NCBI GenBank assembly: GCA_964477685.1
Contig: CAYZHK010000002.1
Location: 1-55,430, forward strand
From: an uncultured Nitrososphaerota archaeon
GTDB taxonomy: Archaea > Thermoproteota > Methanomethylicia > Methanomethylicales > Methanomethylicaceae
Direction of reading: 5' to 3'
Length of the DNA: 55,430 nt
The first letter of the stretch is position 1. Each line of letters starts with the position of its first letter. Below, piece after piece: positions 36,553 through 45,493 of this stretch. The position numbers and the translations under genes were made by a program. The notes below the pieces were generated by a model. It saw only the letters and a list, made by a program, of their open reading frames with translations. It searched no databases and was not told where the DNA came from.

Positions 36553-37170
36553 TCATCCCAAGAATCCGCGGCAGACAACATATATCTCGGTGCTGCTTTC
36601 CCGCGATGCCTTTGGTTTGATGATCCGCACCTGGGTGAATCTCCGCCTGATCTCCCCCAGGAAGGCATCAAACTCTCCGCCCATCAGAACCTTGGCAACC
36701 ATGGAGCCGCCCCTCCTGAGGATCGTTGGCGCTGCCCCCAGGGCGGTCCTGGCCAGGTCAATCTGCCGGCCATGGTCAAGGTCGTGTATGCCTGTAAATT
36801 TGGGGGCGAGATCCGAGACGAGGGTATCCACAGGCCCTCCTGTCAGGGCAAGGAGTGCCTCCAGGGCCTTCGGGTCGGTGATGTCGCCCTGGAGGACCTT
36901 CACGTTGTCATAGGGGAGGGGGCGTATTGGGGAGAGGTCGATGCCAACGATGAGGCCATTGGGGCCAACGAGCTCCCTCTCCACCTGCAGCCACCCACCA
37001 GGAGCTGCCCCAAGGTCGGCGACCCGCTCCCCGGGTTTCAGTATGCCCTGGCCCCTGGCTATCTCCTTGAGCTTGAGGGCCGAACGGGAGCGGTAGCCCT
37101 CCCTCTTCGCCTGCCTGTAGTAGAAATCGCCCAGGACCTCCCGCTTGCTAGGCAGGCCTTTTCCCCCCCA
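36553..37170 (-). CDS. rlmE: 23S rRNA 2'-O-ribose methyltransferase RlmE/FtsJ (start unresolved)
   Basis: DFYYRQAKREGYRSRSALKL, DLGAAPGGWLQV, VSDLAPKFTG, KVLMGGEF. No ATG/GTG/TTG lies within 30 codons upstream of the conserved N-terminus (see finding). Confidence 0.8.
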   Translation of the reverse strand, partial: WGGKGLPSKREVLGDFYYRQAKREGYRSRSALKLKEIARGQGILKPGERVADLGAAPGGWLQVERELVGPNGLIVGIDLSPIRPLPYDNVKVLQGDITDPKALEALLALTGGPVDTLVSDLAPKFTGIHDLDHGRQIDLARTALGAAPTILRRGGSMVAKVLMGGEFDAFLGEIRRRFTQVRIIKPKASRESSTEIYVVCRGFLG

Positions 37171-37531
37171 GGATCTCGAGCTTGCTGTTCTCGGCCTTGA
37201 GGGATGTGGTGAGCTTGTTGCAGGTCTCAGGCGAGATCGGCTGCCCCCTGCCACACTTCTCCAGGTCGGGGCAGGTGAAGCAGGCGCACCATGCAACATC
37301 GTTCAGGTCTATCTTGGGGGTCCTCTTGAGGAGCTTCACCTTGTAGGAGCTCCTCCCCCCGTCCTTGACCCGAAGCCTCTTGACCACCCCCCTCCGCTCG
37401 AGCTTTATGACGATCCGGGAGATGTCCCTGCTTGTCATCTGGAGCGTCTTTGCCAGCCCGCTCTGGGTCGTTGTGAGGTTTTCAGAACTCTGGAGGATGG
37501 ACAGTATTCTGTCCTCAAGTGACTCTGGCAA
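37148..37531 (-). CDS. Winged-helix protein with a C-terminal Cys cluster
   Basis: wHTH region ILSILQSSENLTTTQSGLAKTLQMTSRDISRIVIKLERRGVV, then WCACFTCPDLEKCGRGQPISPETC. TTG start at 37531, or TTG at 37600 overlapping tfb. Confidence 0.6.
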   Translation of the reverse strand: MPESLEDRILSILQSSENLTTTQSGLAKTLQMTSRDISRIVIKLERRGVVKRLRVKDGGRSSYKVKLLKRTPKIDLNDVAWCACFTCPDLEKCGRGQPISPETCNKLTTSLKAENSKLEILGGKRPA

Positions 37532-37568
37532 AGACCGGGCACTCTCTATTAGGAAAATGGCGTATCGT

Positions 37569-38507
37569 CTATAAATATATCTCCAAGTCCAGCTTCTCAA
37601 GGAGCTCCTTGTAGCGGTTCCTGACCGTGACTTCCGTTACTCCTGCGGCATTGGCGATGTCCCTCTGCGTCCTCTTGCGCTCCAGCAGGACGCTCGCAAT
37701 GTATACGGCAGCCGCCGCCACACCCGTCGGTCCACGGCCTGATGTGAGGCCCTCGCTACTGGCGAATTTGATCACCTCTATGGACTTGCGCTGGACGGTG
37801 CCGTCGAGGTCGAGCTTGGATATGAGGCGGGGCACATAGTTCACCGGGTCCGTGGGGGAGACCTTGATGGTCAGTTCGCTGGATATGAAGCGGTATGACC
37901 TTGCGATCTCCTTCTTGTTGGCCCGAGAGACCCCGGCCACCTCGTCCAGTGTCAGGGGGACATTGTACTTCCTGCAGGCGGCATAGAGGGCGGCTCCGGT
38001 CATGCTCTCGATGGACCTGCCCCGTATAAGCTGGCTCTCCACGGCCTTCCTGTAGAGGAGGGCCGAGGCTTCCCGGATGTTCCTGGAAAGGCCGAGCTGG
38101 GAGGCCATGCGCTCCAGCTCCGAAAGGGCAAAGGCCAGATTCCTCTCCGAGGCGTCGGATACCCTAATCCGCCTCTGCCATTTGCGGAGGCGGTAGATCT
38201 GTGCCCTCTTCTTGGAGGTGAGGGACTTGCCGTAGCTGTCCTTGTCCCTCCAGTCGATCATGGTGGAGAGGCCCTTGTCGTGGATTGTGAGGGTGACTGG
38301 AGCCCCTGCCCTCGACCTCTTGTCCCTCTGGTCGTTGTCGAAGGCCCTCCACTCAGGCCCGGGGTCGAGGAGCTTGTCGCGGATGACGAGGCCGCACCCC
38401 GTGCAGGTCACCTCTGCCCTCTCATAGTCCCTCACGAGGGATCTGCCGCCACACTCAGGGCAGATGTCGTCCAGCCGCTCATGCGACTCAGTAAGGTCTC
38501 TTTGCAT
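37569..38507 (-). CDS. tfb: Transcription initiation factor B
   Basis: Zn ribbon CPECGG...CTGCG, a B-reader/linker, and two cyclin folds. ATG at 38507 (MQRDLTES). Confidence 0.95.
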   Translation of the reverse strand: MQRDLTESHERLDDICPECGGRSLVRDYERAEVTCTGCGLVIRDKLLDPGPEWRAFDNDQRDKRSRAGAPVTLTIHDKGLSTMIDWRDKDSYGKSLTSKKRAQIYRLRKWQRRIRVSDASERNLAFALSELERMASQLGLSRNIREASALLYRKAVESQLIRGRSIESMTGAALYAACRKYNVPLTLDEVAGVSRANKKEIARSYRFISSELTIKVSPTDPVNYVPRLISKLDLDGTVQRKSIEVIKFASSEGLTSGRGPTGVAAAAVYIASVLLERKRTQRDIANAAGVTEVTVRNRYKELLEKLDLEIYL

Positions 38508-38760
38508 GGTAGCCCCTTCCCCGCATTGGCCTCGCTTCCTCCCACCAGATTTCGGCATCGTGGAGCTGGTTCATGTCGATGCCGTGCCTCAGCTTGACCG
38601 AGGCATAGGGGGACGAAACCGGACCGAAAACATCGATTATCGTGCCCAAGTGCATCCTTCCGCGATAGAAGGCCTGCGAGCCTATCTTGGGCAGGTTGTC
38701 TGTTTTTACGGTGAGAAGACCACTTTTAGAAATATGCAGGGTCTTCCCCAGAAATTTCAA
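38488..38760 (-). CDS. gar1: H/ACA RNP protein Gar1
   Basis: TTG start at 38760 with GGAG 8 nt upstream. (M)[19 protein letters not shown] and [18 protein letters not shown] match archaeal Gar1. It overlaps the tfb start by 20 nt, the conserved gar1-tfb pairing. Confidence 0.75.
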   Translation of the reverse strand: MKFLGKTLHISKSGLLTVKTDNLPKIGSQAFYRGRMHLGTIIDVFGPVSSPYASVKLRHGIDMNQLHDAEIWWEEARPMRGRGYHAKRPY

Positions 38761-38820
38761 AGAACCATCTCCAAAATGGAAACCATTATACTGAGTGCAA
38801 GCGGTAATTATATTCTTTCC

Positions 38821-38828
38821 TTTTATAA
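38821..38828 (-). promoter_or_regulatory. Candidate TATA box for gar1-tfb
   Basis: The minus strand reads TTATAAAA in the AT-rich 88-nt spacer between srp19 and gar1, about 60 nt upstream of the TTG start. Confidence 0.3.
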
Positions 38829-38848
38829 TAACTGGTTGATAAATTCGG

Positions 38849-39160
38849 TTAACGGGTTTCCTTTCGGGGGGCGGCAGATCTCTTCCTTTGGAGGGAGGCT
38901 GCAATCTCCTTGAGGGCCTTCTGCTTGGGCCCATCATTCTTTATGAGGACGCGCCCCGGCTTACCCCCTGAGGCGGCGGGCATCCTCTTCTTCTCCTCAA
39001 GTACCGGCGACTTCTTCAGCTCGCAGCAGACCTCGTAGATCTCCTCAGCCGTCGGGGACTCGACAGCAAGGCGCTTGGGGACTGCCCTCCCTCCGGCCCT
39101 GCTCCTGTCCATGTCGAAGTAGGCAGGCCATATGGCAATGAGTCCGTCCTTTCTCCCCAA
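38849..39160 (-). CDS. srp19: Signal recognition particle protein SRP19
   Basis: IAIWPAYFDMDRSRAGGRAVPKRLAV is the SRP19 signature region. Confidence 0.85.
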   Translation of the reverse strand: MGRKDGLIAIWPAYFDMDRSRAGGRAVPKRLAVESPTAEEIYEVCCELKKSPVLEEKKRMPAASGGKPGRVLIKNDGPKQKALKEIAASLQRKRSAAPRKETR

Positions 39161-39225
39161 GGTTGGATCGCCCTAGGTAACTATTATTAGGGTGCTTAAA
39201 TTTCTTAACATGGCTGTTGGTAAGG

Positions 39226-39588
39226 ATGCACGAGCTTTCCCTTGCAACCAGCGTTGTTGAATATATCCAGAAGGTGGCAGGGGAAAATGGCTTGGCCAAG
39301 GTGTGCGAGTACAAACTTGAGGTAGGTGACATGACCCACATCGAACCTTGGCAGCTGAGGTACTGCCTCACCATGGTCAGCAAGGGGACGGTCGTCGAGG
39401 GAGCCAGGATCCACATAAGGAGGAGGAGAGTGGCCCTGAAATGCAGGAACTGCGGCAGGGTCAGCGCCCTGAAGCTGGTCAAATCCCTTGCCAATTTCGA
39501 GCTGAGGTGCCCCCGCTGCAACAGTGAGGAAGTTGAAATAGACAAGGGCAGGGAGCTGACGCTGATCCGGATAAGGGGGACAAAATAG
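39226..39588 (+). CDS. hypA: Hydrogenase nickel-insertion protein HypA
   Basis: MHELSLATSVVEYI N-terminus and Zn site CRNCG...CPRCNS. Confidence 0.9.
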   Translation: MHELSLATSVVEYIQKVAGENGLAKVCEYKLEVGDMTHIEPWQLRYCLTMVSKGTVVEGARIHIRRRRVALKCRNCGRVSALKLVKSLANFELRCPRCNSEEVEIDKGRELTLIRIRGTK

Positions 39589-39612
39589 GGGGCTGGCCTT
39601 CCGCCGGAAGCG

Positions 39613-39999
39613 CTACTTGACCAGAATTGCGTTGAGCATGCCATTTTGGCCGGGTCTGGAAGTTACGCGGGCATCGCCGAGCTCAGTCTCAACCACCGCG
39701 CCCTTGGTGATGACACCTCTCCTCGCATAGTCCACGTTGGAGGGGTTGTTCTTAACCTTGAGCAGCTTCACCTTCTTGGACGAGTTGTCCTTCGGGTTCG
39801 TGACATTGACAAAGGCAGCCTCGTCGAGCCGGATCTTGCTGTTGCCGCCAGAAACCCTTGTGACCTTCTTGGCGTCCGCCTTGATCCCCAGTGCGGTCTC
39901 GGTGGGTGGAGAGCCAAGCTCGAAGCGTTTCTTCTCTCTGCGGGTATGGAGCCTACCACCCGTAGGCTTCTTCTTGTCGCGACCCTGGAAGTAGCTCAT
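39613..39999 (-). CDS. rps8e: 30S ribosomal protein S8e
   Basis: MSYFQGRDKKKPTGGRLHTRREKKRFELG and NPSNVDYARRGVITKGAVVET. Confidence 0.9.
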   Translation of the reverse strand: MSYFQGRDKKKPTGGRLHTRREKKRFELGSPPTETALGIKADAKKVTRVSGGNSKIRLDEAAFVNVTNPKDNSSKKVKLLKVKNNPSNVDYARRGVITKGAVVETELGDARVTSRPGQNGMLNAILVK

Positions 40000-40105
40000 C
40001 GTCAGACCTCGCGTAGCACCCTACCTAAAATAAATACAGATATAAGGTTTTTGAGAGAATGGAAGCCGTAAGTTGATGTTGTAGCAGAATTTGTGGTGGT
40101 TCCCT

Positions 40106-41128
40106 ATGACAGACAGCGTCCAGCTGAGCCACGGCGCCGGTGGCACGTTGATGAACGACCTGATAAGGTCGGTGATAATCGCCAATATTGACAGGAGGAA
40201 GGCTGGCAGTGGGGCCGGGCTCGATGAGTTCGACGACGGGGCAACTCTGCCACTGGGTCAGGGGGATCTGGTAGTCTCCTCCGATGCCCATACGGTGGAT
40301 CCGCTCTTCTTCCCCGGGGGGGACATCGGCAAGCTCTCGGTCTGCGGAGCTGTCAATGACCTTGCGATGATGGGGGCCGAGCCGATTGCGCTGACGGATA
40401 CCATGGTGGTCGAGGAGGGGTTCCCCACCGAGACGCTACGGAGGATAGTCAAGTCAATGAATGAGACGCTCAATTCAGTGGGCATGTCACTGGTCCACGG
40501 AGATTTCAAGGTGATGCCAAAGTCCAAGCTCGACGGGCTCATCATCTCCACAACCGGGTTGGGGACCACCAGGGGGAGAAAGCCCGTGCTGGATTCGGGG
40601 CTGCGCCCCGGGGACAGGATCATTGTGACCGGCCCCATAGGGGACCACGGCATAGTGATCTCCTCCCTCAGGGAGGGCATATCCTTCGCCACATCCCTGG
40701 TATCCGATGTGGCTCCCCTCTGGGGACTCATGAAGAGCGGGCTGGGGGCGGGCGAGATCACAGCGGCAAAGGACCCGACCAGGGGAGGGCTGGCCATGGC
40801 GCTCAACGAGATGGCGGGGCAGTCCAAGGTGAGCATCTGGCTTCGGGAGGAGGCGGTGCCCGTGAGGGAGGAGGTGAGGGGGGCCTGTGAGATGCTAGGC
40901 CTCGACCCGATGGAACTCACATGCGAAGGAAGGGCAGCGCTGGGGGTCAGGAGGGTGGATGCGGAGGCTGTGCTCCGGGCGATAAGGTCAACCCCCGAAG
41001 GCAGGGATGCGGCGGTGGTGGGGGAGGTGAGGGAGATCAATCCGGGCTATGTGATCATGGAGACGTCGGTGGGCGGAAAACGGGTTGTGAATCCGCCCCT
41101 AGGCGAGCCTACGCCGAGGATCTGTTGA
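40106..41128 (+). CDS. hypE: Hydrogenase maturation carbamoyl dehydratase HypE
   Basis: AIR-synthase-like fold (VQLSHGAGG, AVNDLAMMGAEP) and the diagnostic C-terminal PRIC. Confidence 0.95.
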   Translation: MTDSVQLSHGAGGTLMNDLIRSVIIANIDRRKAGSGAGLDEFDDGATLPLGQGDLVVSSDAHTVDPLFFPGGDIGKLSVCGAVNDLAMMGAEPIALTDTMVVEEGFPTETLRRIVKSMNETLNSVGMSLVHGDFKVMPKSKLDGLIISTTGLGTTRGRKPVLDSGLRPGDRIIVTGPIGDHGIVISSLREGISFATSLVSDVAPLWGLMKSGLGAGEITAAKDPTRGGLAMALNEMAGQSKVSIWLREEAVPVREEVRGACEMLGLDPMELTCEGRAALGVRRVDAEAVLRAIRSTPEGRDAAVVGEVREINPGYVIMETSVGGKRVVNPPLGEPTPRIC

Positions 41129-41725
41129 TTTTTTCCTAGGAATGGCTATAATTTCCATCAGGTTGAAGGATTTCTCAGGGTCAAAAGAGAGGAGCCTGTT
41201 CGGAAAGGTGGTCCTGGCCACGATAGCCGTATCGGCCCCCCGATGGAAACCGCCAACCCCGATGACGGCCCTGTAGGGTTTCACCGCGCCCACGGACGTG
41301 GCCATGAGGATTGACTCCACGGCCACCTTGAAGCCGTTTCCAAAGGCGGAGATGAGGAACTCTCTCAAAATGCGCTCAGGGACATGGGTCTCTGTGTCCT
41401 CACCACCCACATAGCTGTGGAAGACGTAGGGGGCTGTGTTAACGACCTCAGCCCTTAGCCGCTTCAGCTCCTTATCGTACCGGTCCTGGAGCGTGGGCCA
41501 CCTCCCCTCCACTTCCGCATAGGATGGAGGTTCCGAGACACAGACTACCTTTGCGTTCGTGACGGCCCTGGCAAACTTTAACGCGGTAAGCCCAGATGTG
41601 CTTCCCACCACCACTGACTCGCAGGGAGGCCCGGGCTGGGCGAGCCGCTCAACCACCGCATCGATAACATTTTGGGTATTCTGCGGGCCCGGCTCGTCGA
41701 AGTAGGTGCATGAGCCCTTCTGCAT
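41099..41725 (-). CDS. Pyruvate kinase C-terminal (alpha/beta) domain-like protein
   Basis: YFDEPGPQNTQNVIDAVVERL and VVVGSTSGLTALKFA fit the stand-alone PK_C-like archaeal family. Confidence 0.6.
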   Translation of the reverse strand: MQKGSCTYFDEPGPQNTQNVIDAVVERLAQPGPPCESVVVGSTSGLTALKFARAVTNAKVVCVSEPPSYAEVEGRWPTLQDRYDKELKRLRAEVVNTAPYVFHSYVGGEDTETHVPERILREFLISAFGNGFKVAVESILMATSVGAVKPYRAVIGVGGFHRGADTAIVARTTFPNRLLSFDPEKSFNLMEIIAIPRKKSTDPRRRLA

Positions 41726-41783
41726 AGTCCATAGCCTCAACCATTGAATTGGGTCAATTGGTATTTAAACGGGATGGAGCTTG

Positions 41784-42320
41784 TCATCCAAAGTAGAGGC
41801 CCTCGTTGACCCTTGGCAGCAGTGCCATCAGAACTGCCTGCTCCGAGAGGGCTGTCCTGTCCAGATGGCCCTTCGAGAAGTAGCCTATGGCGCCCTGCTT
41901 CTGGCCGAGCTCATGGATGCCGGTCAGCCGGTCCATCGCATCGCCCACTTCAACCCCCTCCCCCAGCACCTTGGCTACGATTGCCGACGGGTATTCAAAG
42001 GAGGGCCCTCCTCCCAGGGTCACCCTTCCCCTCCGGTCGACTATCGCGGCGAACTGCTGGTCCATGTAGCCGGAGATGGTGCCGGGCACCTGGATGAGCC
42101 CCGCCTCTATGCCGACCCCCAGCTCCGCGCCCTCTGAGGCCGCCAGAGCGCCCCTTGCCCTTGAGACCGCCCCCCGGATCGTCACCTCCAGACCGACTGG
42201 CTGTGGCGGGACACCGCTGGAGACTGGCACCGTAACCACGGAGACCTCATAGAACTTGGAGAAGACCCTCTCGACAGCCTTCGCCTTAACCGGATTGGAT
42301 GAACCGACAGCTATCCTCAT
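41784..42320 (-). CDS. Inosine/xanthosine triphosphatase (YjjX/DUF84 family)
   Basis: MRIAVGSSNPVKAKAVERVF and SGVPPQPVGLEVTIRGAVSRA. Confidence 0.75.
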   Translation of the reverse strand: MRIAVGSSNPVKAKAVERVFSKFYEVSVVTVPVSSGVPPQPVGLEVTIRGAVSRARGALAASEGAELGVGIEAGLIQVPGTISGYMDQQFAAIVDRRGRVTLGGGPSFEYPSAIVAKVLGEGVEVGDAMDRLTGIHELGQKQGAIGYFSKGHLDRTALSEQAVLMALLPRVNEGLYFG

Positions 42321-42382
42321 GGACAACACTCGCTATTTTATTATTACCCGCTGAAATAAGTGTATGCTGTGTTGGTGCAGAA

Positions 42383-43459
42383 ATGATGGATTACGAGAGA
42401 AGGAAGAAGGCCCTCAGCGCGGTTATGGAGTCCGAGGGGATGGATGGCGCCATTGTCCTAAGCCCAGAGAACATTTTCTACCTGACTGGGTCGCCTTTTG
42501 TCCATGGCAGCATCGGGAAGATACTCTACCTCGGAAAGGACGGTAAGGATTTTCTCATCGTGAGCGACATCGACTATGAGGAGGCCATGGACAAGTCGGC
42601 TGGGGCCGAGGTTGTGAAGACCGATTTCCTCGAGAGGCCGTCCGATCGCCTCAGGAAATTCGCCGGCAAGGTCCTGGGCTATGAGGAGGGGTTCGTGTCC
42701 ATCAGCCTCCAGGAGACACTTTCCAAGGGCTTCAGGCTGAAGCCGCTGGGCGGAGCCATAGAGAAGCTCAGGGAGGTAAAGGAGAAGGGGGAGGTGGCGA
42801 GGATTGTGGATTCCCAGAGGGCCACCGAGAGGGCGCTGGAGCGGGCGATGAAGGAGTTCAAGGAAGGCATGACCGAACTCGAGATAGCGGCAGAGATAGA
42901 GTATAACATGAGGAGGCAGGGAGCGGAGGTCTATGCCTTCGACAGCCTAGTCGCCTCGGGGAAGAGGGGGGTATACCCCCATGGCATACCGTCCCAAAGG
43001 AAGGTGGGCGGTGGGGACCCTGTGGTCATCGACATTGGTTCCAAGGTTAGCGGCTACTGCTCGGACATGACCAGGACAGTCTTCTTTGGAAAGCCTTCGG
43101 AGGTGGCCGTGGATGTCTATCAGGCCGTGAAGGAGGCGCAGGAGGCCGCCATCGGCTCCGCCAAGCCGGGCATCAAGGGCAAAGGGCTCGACGCTGTGGC
43201 AAGGGCGGTGCTGGAGAAGAGGGGGTACGGGCAATACTTCTCGCATGGCCTTGGCCATGGGGTTGGGATAGCAGTCCATGAGGGCCCAAACGCAGGGCCG
43301 CGCGGCGAAGACCCTCTTGCCCCGGGAAATGTTGTGACGGCTGAGCCGGGCGTCTATCTCCCCAAGAAATTTGGGATAAGGATAGAGGACATGGTGCTTA
43401 TCAAAGGTAACGGGGCTGAAAACCTGACATCCTTTACAAAGGACATGCTGGTATTTTGA
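42383..43459 (+). CDS. pepQ: Xaa-Pro peptidase, M24 family
   Basis: Creatinase-like N-domain plus the pita-bread metal ligands (DIGSKVSGYCSDMTRT, HGLGHGVGIAVHEGP, EPGVY, IRIEDMV). Confidence 0.85.
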   Translation: MMDYERRKKALSAVMESEGMDGAIVLSPENIFYLTGSPFVHGSIGKILYLGKDGKDFLIVSDIDYEEAMDKSAGAEVVKTDFLERPSDRLRKFAGKVLGYEEGFVSISLQETLSKGFRLKPLGGAIEKLREVKEKGEVARIVDSQRATERALERAMKEFKEGMTELEIAAEIEYNMRRQGAEVYAFDSLVASGKRGVYPHGIPSQRKVGGGDPVVIDIGSKVSGYCSDMTRTVFFGKPSEVAVDVYQAVKEAQEAAIGSAKPGIKGKGLDAVARAVLEKRGYGQYFSHGLGHGVGIAVHEGPNAGPRGEDPLAPGNVVTAEPGVYLPKKFGIRIEDMVLIKGNGAENLTSFTKDMLVF

Positions 43460-43519
43460 CATGGAAGTTACCGTTATCTTCCTGAACAGTGTGAAAAGGC
43501 GTGGAGCGGGTGATGCCAG

Positions 43520-44314
43520 ATGGTTCCCGGAATCATCACGGCGATAAAAACCGAGCTCAGCAAGCCCATCTACAGCTACTATGAGGGGCGGCTCGAGGAT
43601 CAGGTGCGGAAGGGGAGAATGCCAGCCCATGTCGGGCTCATCCTGGACGGAAACCGGCGGTGGGCCAAGGATATGGGCTTCGATGTGAATATGGGCCACA
43701 GGTATGGCTTCGAGAAACTCAAGAGTGTCCTCAGGTGGTGCTGGCAGCTCGGCATACACGTTGTGACGGTATACGCCCTTTCGGTGGAGAATCTGCAGAG
43801 GAACCCCAAAGAGGTGGGTGAGCTGATGACCCTGCTCTCAAAGGGGTTCACGGAGGTGCTTGGTGACCAGGAAATTCACAGCCACCGGGTCCAGGTCAAG
43901 GCCATCGGCAGGCTTGAACTTCTCAGCGAGGACCTCAGGAAGACGATCGAGAAGGCAGAGGAAGCCACCAAGGGGTACGATGCCAACACCATATATGTGG
44001 CAGTCGCCTATGGCGGAAGGGCCGAGATCCTCGATGCCGCCAAGAAGGTTGTCAGGGAAGTCCTCGATGGCAAGCTCAGGCTCGAGGACATCAGTGAGGA
44101 GACTTTTTCAAAGCACCTCTACACGGCGGGTGAGCCCGACCCCGACCTCGTCATCAGAACATCTGGGGAAGAGAGGCTGAGCGGGTTCCTCCTCTGGCAG
44201 AGCGCCTACTCCGAGTTCTGCTTCATCGATGTCTATTGGCCCGAGATGCGAAGAATCGACCTCCTCAGGGCACTGAGAACATACCAGAGAAGGAAGAGGA
44301 ACTATGGAAAATGA
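43520..44314 (+). CDS. uppS: Undecaprenyl (cis-prenyl) diphosphate synthase
   Basis: PAHVGLILDGNRRWAK, AYGGRAEI, IRTSGEERLSGFLLWQSAYSEF. Confidence 0.95.
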   Translation: MVPGIITAIKTELSKPIYSYYEGRLEDQVRKGRMPAHVGLILDGNRRWAKDMGFDVNMGHRYGFEKLKSVLRWCWQLGIHVVTVYALSVENLQRNPKEVGELMTLLSKGFTEVLGDQEIHSHRVQVKAIGRLELLSEDLRKTIEKAEEATKGYDANTIYVAVAYGGRAEILDAAKKVVREVLDGKLRLEDISEETFSKHLYTAGEPDPDLVIRTSGEERLSGFLLWQSAYSEFCFIDVYWPEMRRIDLLRALRTYQRRKRNYGK

Positions 44315-44323
44315 TGGAGAACG

Positions 44324-45439
44324 CTAGAGGCGGTTCTCTAATGCCGGTTTCCCGCTGGCCCGGCCCGTCACCCTCTTCCGTACCCTTGGGGTGATGGTGA
44401 AGATCACAACGAGGATGGCGCAGACAATTACCCCTAGACCTGCCGTAAAGAGGAAGGGTAGTATATTGCCCTGGGGGTCTTCAATGATCGGCGCCACGTC
44501 TATCACCATTTGCCTTATGAAAATCAAGGCGACCACGCCCACGATTTCGTGCCAGAGCCGAGGGGAATCGTCGAGGTACTTAACCACAAGGCTGCCCATG
44601 ATATACACTGCGATACCCAGCGAGAAGAGATCTATGGTGTTGACCAGCATAACGCTCAGGAACCTTGCGCTGCTCACTGCCGGAGGGGCCAGCTCCAGGG
44701 CTATGCCGATACCCCGGTAGAGGGAGACGGAGCAGATGAGGGCCGCGATAATGGCTGAGATGAGCTTGATGGGAGACGACTCCCAGGCGTCCCTCACGAA
44801 ACGGTCCATGGAGAACCCTTTCACTATGAGGACGGCTCCGATGATGATCCCCAGTGCCAGGATTGCGTAGTTGAGGAGGTCGTAGTAGTAGAGGACAATA
44901 GTTGCAAAGATCATAAGCCCGGGGACGCCCAGGGCCAGCCGGGCGTACTGGGGCTCCCCAAGCTTCTTGAAGTACCGCGCCAGAAGGACGTAGGTCTCCT
45001 CCACGCTCTTCTCCTGTTGGACAAAAACCCTCCTGACTGAGATGATTGGCACCTTTGAGACGATGGTGGGAATCACTTGCTCGTCGGATGCCCCGTCGCT
45101 GACGAAAATGACTCCGTCCGCCCTGAACTGGGAAAGGATAGAATCGAGGTCCGATGTGATCTTCAGATCGGATTCGAAGCCGCCCTCCTCCTTACCGGCG
45201 ATGAGCGCCACTTCGCAGCTAAAGCCCTGATCCTGGAGCGAGTCATAGGTATTCATGGCGGCAAAGACCGCATTGGCGTCCGAGTCCTCGGGACTCCTGG
45301 TGGCGAAGAGGTTTGCGGCCGATGCGACGCGGTCCCGGCCAATGATGGGGGTGGAGAGGCCGGTAGCCCTGCCTAGGTCGTTATCCTTGTCAACATTGAG
45401 GACCAGGATTTTCTTTGTGGGCTTGCTCATCGGCTGCAC
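44324..45439 (-). CDS. DUF373 family membrane protein
   Basis: Soluble N-domain ILVLNVDKDNDLG...PEDSDANAVF followed by about 6 TM helices, as in archaeal DUF373. Confidence 0.7.
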   Translation of the reverse strand: MQPMSKPTKKILVLNVDKDNDLGRATGLSTPIIGRDRVASAANLFATRSPEDSDANAVFAAMNTYDSLQDQGFSCEVALIAGKEEGGFESDLKITSDLDSILSQFRADGVIFVSDGASDEQVIPTIVSKVPIISVRRVFVQQEKSVEETYVLLARYFKKLGEPQYARLALGVPGLMIFATIVLYYYDLLNYAILALGIIIGAVLIVKGFSMDRFVRDAWESSPIKLISAIIAALICSVSLYRGIGIALELAPPAVSSARFLSVMLVNTIDLFSLGIAVYIMGSLVVKYLDDSPRLWHEIVGVVALIFIRQMVIDVAPIIEDPQGNILPFLFTAGLGVIVCAILVVIFTITPRVRKRVTGRASGKPALENRL

Positions 45440-45493
45440 GGATAAAAGATATATTATATAGGTTTAAAATATTGCTGCCAAAAAAGGCAAGGT

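Noticed and set aside
38761-38937. The long version of the gar1 ORF (149 aa), reaching into srp19.
   Set aside because: The upstream part crosses an AT-rich promoter-like spacer and overlaps srp19 out of frame. Gar1 homology starts exactly at the TTG at 38760, which has a GGAG 8 nt upstream.
44317-44338. A hairpin GAGAAC-n10-GTTCTC at the convergent ends of uppS and the DUF373 gene, and a 7-bp hairpin at 29039-29055 after proS.
   Set aside because: Neither is followed by an oligo-T tract, and archaeal termination does not require hairpins. They are too short to assign a function from sequence alone.
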